Shown here one piece after another: positions 24,920 to 28,543 of a DNA stretch of 28,543 bases. This stretch comes from Ignavibacteria bacterium (GTDB lineage Bacteria > Bacteroidota > Ignavibacteria > Tepidaquicellales > Tepidaquicellaceae): the NCBI GenBank assembly GCA_041653855.1, contig JBAZEQ010000001.1:1-28543 (forward strand). Reading direction: 5' to 3'. The notes below the pieces were generated by a model. That model saw nothing but the letters and a program-made list of their open reading frames with translations. It was not told the DNA's origin and did not search any database. Position 1 is the first letter of the stretch. The number at the start of each line of letters is the position of its first letter. The position numbers were made by a program, and so were the translations under genes.

Positions 24920-26512
24920 ATGAAAAAATTATTTATATTAATATTTTTAGCTATAACCATAAACGCACAAAGTCAATGGGAAGTATGGAGTAAAGCAAAC
25001 GTTCAACCATCCAACACAACATATAACCAAATTGTAAATGCGATAAACTCAGCAACTCTCACAACAGGGTCTTTATATAAAATATCGGATTACGTAACGA
25101 AGCATATCATTCCCGGGACATCAACAGTTAATACAGGAACGGTAGAACCGATTGTAGTAATAGCAACTTCATCGAATACAATCAGTAAAACAGCTTACAG
25201 CATCACTTATCCGAAAGACTACATTGAATATGATTATTCCTTAAATTTGTGTGAAGATGGAATAACAGCACGAGCAGGATTCATTACAAAAAGAATAGAT
25301 AACATTGGCAATGATACTCCGTATGATATGCGGAATGTAAAATTCCGTAGGTGGGGAATAGATTGGACTTCATACAGTAACGATTCACTATGGAATGCAG
25401 AAAGAAATTATATAGTTGGTAATATAGTCAAAAGTTATAGGAATGGTGATACTGCATTATTTTTATGTGTTTGGAATAGATTGGCAGTTGCTGATTCAGT
25501 ACCTCAAATAGACACTATGCATTGGCAGAGAATAATAGGGAACGAGCAGAAGTGGTGCAGTAAAACCACAGGCAATTATTTTTACGGAAAATCTCTCGAT
25601 GCAATTGCAAATTACTACATCGATTATTACACATTTGCAGATACCAGCTGCAGGGGTAATAAAATCGAAAAATCAATTACAGGTTTAAATAATATTGTTA
25701 TGATGGACAGGAACAATTATTTAAACACATTTGAAAAGGACTGTTATAATATAACCCTCTATCGAGGGAGTTATAAAAATTCATTTGGGAAAAGTAATTA
25801 TGAAATGATATTGATTGATTCGTGTTATTTTAACACTACCTTTCAAAACGTTTCAAGGTGCATAATAAAAGGATATGAGAATACGTTAGGCATAACTTGT
25901 TGGGGAAACGTTATATATTCATCCGATAATCTTTTTGGGGTAGGGTGCACAAAAAACGTAATTGGAGATAATGCGAACTACTGCACATTTGGAAATAACA
26001 GCTCAGGAAATATACTTGCAGATAACTGCCATAATGTAACATTCGGAGTTGCATGTAGTTTTAATCACTTAGGACCCGGGAGTTATGTATGCAGATTCAA
26101 CAGCGATAGTTTCAACAATACATTGGGTAGAGACTCATATTCTTGTATATTTGAGATTGATGGATGTTATAATACATTTGGGGATTATTGTTATTCCAAT
26201 TACATCGGGATAAAATCATACACAAACACATTCGGGCATCAATGTTCAATGAACATAATAAAGAATTGGTGTTCAAATAATACATTTGGGGCAGGTTGTT
26301 ATTTAAACACGCTCGGGAGTTACTCTTCTGATAATACAATCCCTGCAAGTAGCCGAGTCAATTTATTCATGGATTACATAAATTCTAAAGACTTCACCGG
26401 AGCAACACAGTTAGCAGACAGTTACAGTAAGATAATTATGAATAGTAATGCGAATGCAAAAGAGATTTGGATATCAGCAGGTGGAACGTGGTATAAATTC
26501 GCAACTCCATAA
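24920..26512 (+). CDS. signal-peptide-bearing parallel beta-helix protein (tail-fibre/adhesin-like)
   Basis: SD AGGAG. MKKLFILIFLAITINA|Q. CBM5/12-like WNAERNYIVGNIV...PQIDTMHW segment and NxFGxxCxx repeats. Confidence 0.75.
   Translation: MKKLFILIFLAITINAQSQWEVWSKANVQPSNTTYNQIVNAINSATLTTGSLYKISDYVTKHIIPGTSTVNTGTVEPIVVIATSSNTISKTAYSITYPKDYIEYDYSLNLCEDGITARAGFITKRIDNIGNDTPYDMRNVKFRRWGIDWTSYSNDSLWNAERNYIVGNIVKSYRNGDTALFLCVWNRLAVADSVPQIDTMHWQRIIGNEQKWCSKTTGNYFYGKSLDAIANYYIDYYTFADTSCRGNKIEKSITGLNNIVMMDRNNYLNTFEKDCYNITLYRGSYKNSFGKSNYEMILIDSCYFNTTFQNVSRCIIKGYENTLGITCWGNVIYSSDNLFGVGCTKNVIGDNANYCTFGNNSSGNILADNCHNVTFGVACSFNHLGPGSYVCRFNSDSFNNTLGRDSYSCIFEIDGCYNTFGDYCYSNYIGIKSYTNTFGHQCSMNIIKNWCSNNTFGAGCYLNTLGSYSSDNTIPASSRVNLFMDYINSKDFTGATQLADSYSKIIMNSNANAKEIWISAGGTWYKFATP
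25880..26340 (+). repeat. 9-aa N-x-(F/I/L)-G-x-x-(C/S)-x-x repeats
   Basis: NTFGDYCYS NYIGIKSYT NTFGHQCSM NIIKNWCSN NTFGAGCYL NTLGSYSSD. Confidence 0.8.
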
Positions 26513-26531
26513 ACCAATAAACAATATTAAA

Positions 26532-26942
26532 ATGGACACAATAAACACAATTCAAAAGTTTCAATCATACGAAGGAATAAATCCTCTCGATGTGATATAC
26601 AACTTCATAATCAGTTATATACTGAGTTGGGAAGTGCTTGTAACGATATTAGTATTTTTAAGTGTGATGGAAACAATCAAGTATTTCAGTGAAGGGACAA
26701 AGTATGGATTTGAAATGAATAAAAAATTGTATGGTGGATTATCTATGGCACTGATATTAATAATTGATTACGGATACGGTATCTTCAACGGAATAGAAGT
26801 ATGGAGTTTTAAGTTTTTAGTAATCAAAGCATTTACAATAATGTTCCCGGTGTTTGCATTATATAACATCATCTTAAAACAAATAGCCGAAGGAATCAGA
26901 ACTCGGTTATATAAAAAGATAGAAGAATTCAAAAACAAATGA
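26532..26942 (+). CDS. holin-like membrane protein
   Basis: Likely start is ATG 26532 (MDTIN). About three hydrophobic segments and a charged C-terminal tail. Confidence 0.55.
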   Translation: MDTINTIQKFQSYEGINPLDVIYNFIISYILSWEVLVTILVFLSVMETIKYFSEGTKYGFEMNKKLYGGLSMALILIIDYGYGIFNGIEVWSFKFLVIKAFTIMFPVFALYNIILKQIAEGIRTRLYKKIEEFKNK

Positions 26943-28543
26943 GTGGAATTTTAGCTGACATATACGCAAGAGATTGCAGAAGTTTAAAAGTATCGAATAA
27001 AAAAGATAAAGATATTCTCGATGCTTATATAGACTATTGTATAAAACTTGCTGAGAACGAAAAGATAAACTCAATGATTTATTACATTTGGGGTAAATGC
27101 GAACTATACTACGAAGGACATCAAATCCCGGTTGGAGTATCGAGCAATGCACTATCAGAATGGGTAAAGAACAATTGGAGTAGCAGCAGGATTGATACAA
27201 CAAAGTTTTGGGTACGTAAATCAAAACGAAATCAGATATTCCACGTTGACAATAAAATCACTGATGTTGTTGACGGATTTATTTCTGAATACTCAAAGGC
27301 AGAAAAGACACTGACGGTAGATAATGAAGATGATCCGAAGTATGATAATATTGCAAAGGTAATCAGGAAGTATATTGAGAAGTTGGAAAACAAAACAGAT
27401 AAGCAGGTATGGACAAACACAAGATTACCTTCGATTGAGAACTTCGCATTATACGGATTGGGATGGGATAAAATTGACTTCAATCATAACATCAATGTTC
27501 CGTATGGAGATTTGGAATATGAATCAATACACCCACGAGATATTGACGTGGACCCGAATTGCAGAGAAAAGTATTTCCAGGATGCAAGATTTTTAGTCAG
27601 AAGAAGAAGATTAGAAATCAATGAAGCTAAAGAATATGTAAAGAGATTAGGAAAAGACCCTTCTCAGGTTGTACCGGACAATGATTACTACGGAACAAAC
27701 GATGCAAGGCAAAGACTACGCAACAACAGTATTGATACTCAGATGTTTACAACTTTCTATGAATTCTATTACAGAAAAATATACTCCGATACAAAAACAC
27801 TATACAAAGAACCGAAGTTAAGAGTTCTCGAAGATACGGAATACAGAGAAGATTCTATTTATTACTTCAATGCAATATATAACAAAGCAATGGGAACACT
27901 GCAACATTGGATGAATCCTTATGTTGACAAGAGAAATCACAGGATATGGCAATTCAACTTATTTCCTTACTGCGGTAGAATGAGTAGAGTGAGATTGTAC
28001 CCGGTCAGTATTGTTGAAAGATTACTAAACTTACAGGATATAATCAATGTAACTTTATCACTCGTTCTTGATAATGGGAGACAAAAGAGTTTAGTAAGAC
28101 TTTTAATGGATAAAGCACTCATCGAGAGCGAAGGTGGAAAAATAAACAGCAGATTATTTGATGTATTAAGGAACGGTGGAATAGCAGACATTGATGTAAA
28201 AGGATTAGGATTAAATGAAAATGTAAGACTAAGTGATTTAATACACGAAGTTAAAATAGCAGATTTACCCCCATCAATTGAAAAGTTTCTTGATATAGCA
28301 CTTGAAAGCATTAAATCTCAGGGAATAAGAAAAGAAGCATTAATCGGAGATTTACCTGAAGGAAGTGGGAATTTATCCGGGGTCGCAATAGGCAAGTTGC
28401 AAAAACAAAACAGACAGATGCTATCCGGTTACGATACTAATATAGAATGGGCAGTAACACAAGAAGGAAACTTCGTTTATAAAGTAATGGCAGAGGAATT
28501 CACTGAAGAAGATTACATCAAAATCCAGGACAGGCAGAAAGAC
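26939..28543 (+). CDS. portal protein, P22-like (3'-truncated; absent from ORF track)
   Basis: ATGA overlap at 26939 and 535 open codons to the window end. LYGLGWDKI, SIHPRDIDVDPN...QDARF, LQDIIN and SGVAIGKLQ match podovirus P22-type portals. Confidence 0.85.
   Translation, partial: MSGILADIYARDCRSLKVSNKKDKDILDAYIDYCIKLAENEKINSMIYYIWGKCELYYEGHQIPVGVSSNALSEWVKNNWSSSRIDTTKFWVRKSKRNQIFHVDNKITDVVDGFISEYSKAEKTLTVDNEDDPKYDNIAKVIRKYIEKLENKTDKQVWTNTRLPSIENFALYGLGWDKIDFNHNINVPYGDLEYESIHPRDIDVDPNCREKYFQDARFLVRRRRLEINEAKEYVKRLGKDPSQVVPDNDYYGTNDARQRLRNNSIDTQMFTTFYEFYYRKIYSDTKTLYKEPKLRVLEDTEYREDSIYYFNAIYNKAMGTLQHWMNPYVDKRNHRIWQFNLFPYCGRMSRVRLYPVSIVERLLNLQDIINVTLSLVLDNGRQKSLVRLLMDKALIESEGGKINSRLFDVLRNGGIADIDVKGLGLNENVRLSDLIHEVKIADLPPSIEKFLDIALESIKSQGIRKEALIGDLPEGSGNLSGVAIGKLQKQNRQMLSGYDTNIEWAVTQEGNFVYKVMAEEFTEEDYIKIQDRQKD

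Noticed and set aside
26448-26531. Extended start of the holin-like ORF
   Set aside because: It overlaps the beta-helix gene end. ATG 26532 after the stop is more plausible.
441-28311. All minus-strand ORFs in the track (e.g. 441-659, 2758-3060, 20809-21177, 26907-27224, 27967-28311)
   Set aside because: They lie antisense to well-supported + strand genes, have no recognisable motifs, and show the Leu/Phe/Ser-rich composition of shadow ORFs.
1-28543. Stop-codon reassignment, CRISPR array, DGR, integrase/att site
   Set aside because: Long genes read intact in the standard code. No regularly spaced repeats, reverse transcriptase or recombinase is present in the window.

Overview
An AT-rich (roughly 30% GC by eye) segment of a tailed dsDNA phage genome. 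Every credible gene lies on the + strand, and many are translationally coupled. The window runs from a replication/recombination module (VRR-NUC nuclease, class II nucleotidyltransferase head domain, SF2 helicase with three inteins, beta-clamp-like protein, HerA-like ATPase, DEDDh exonuclease, DUF4373-type initiator plus DnaC-like loader) through an accessory block (ASCH, DUF2829/Tad2-like, MazG-like, two HNH proteins, stand-alone JAB/JAMM protease). It continues into packaging genes (small and large terminase, two orphan DNA methyltransferases, three signal-peptide proteins, holin-like protein) and ends inside a P22-like portal gene that the ORF track misses. No integrase, host gene, tRNA or CRISPR array is visible, so prophage versus free phage cannot be decided. 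Signal peptides followed by Gln hint at an FCB-group (Bacteroidota/Ignavibacteria-like) host. The most notable observations are: two promoter-leaders with different sequences but the same A-B-A'-B' switch architecture; a candidate counter-defence set (Tad2-like with an apparent signal peptide, MazG-like, JAB protease, possible ubiquitin-like mini-protein); a triple-intein helicase; an exported-protein cassette between terL and portal; and a strong CCGG excess with no GGCC/GCGC/CGCG found. All family calls come from motif recognition, not database searches.
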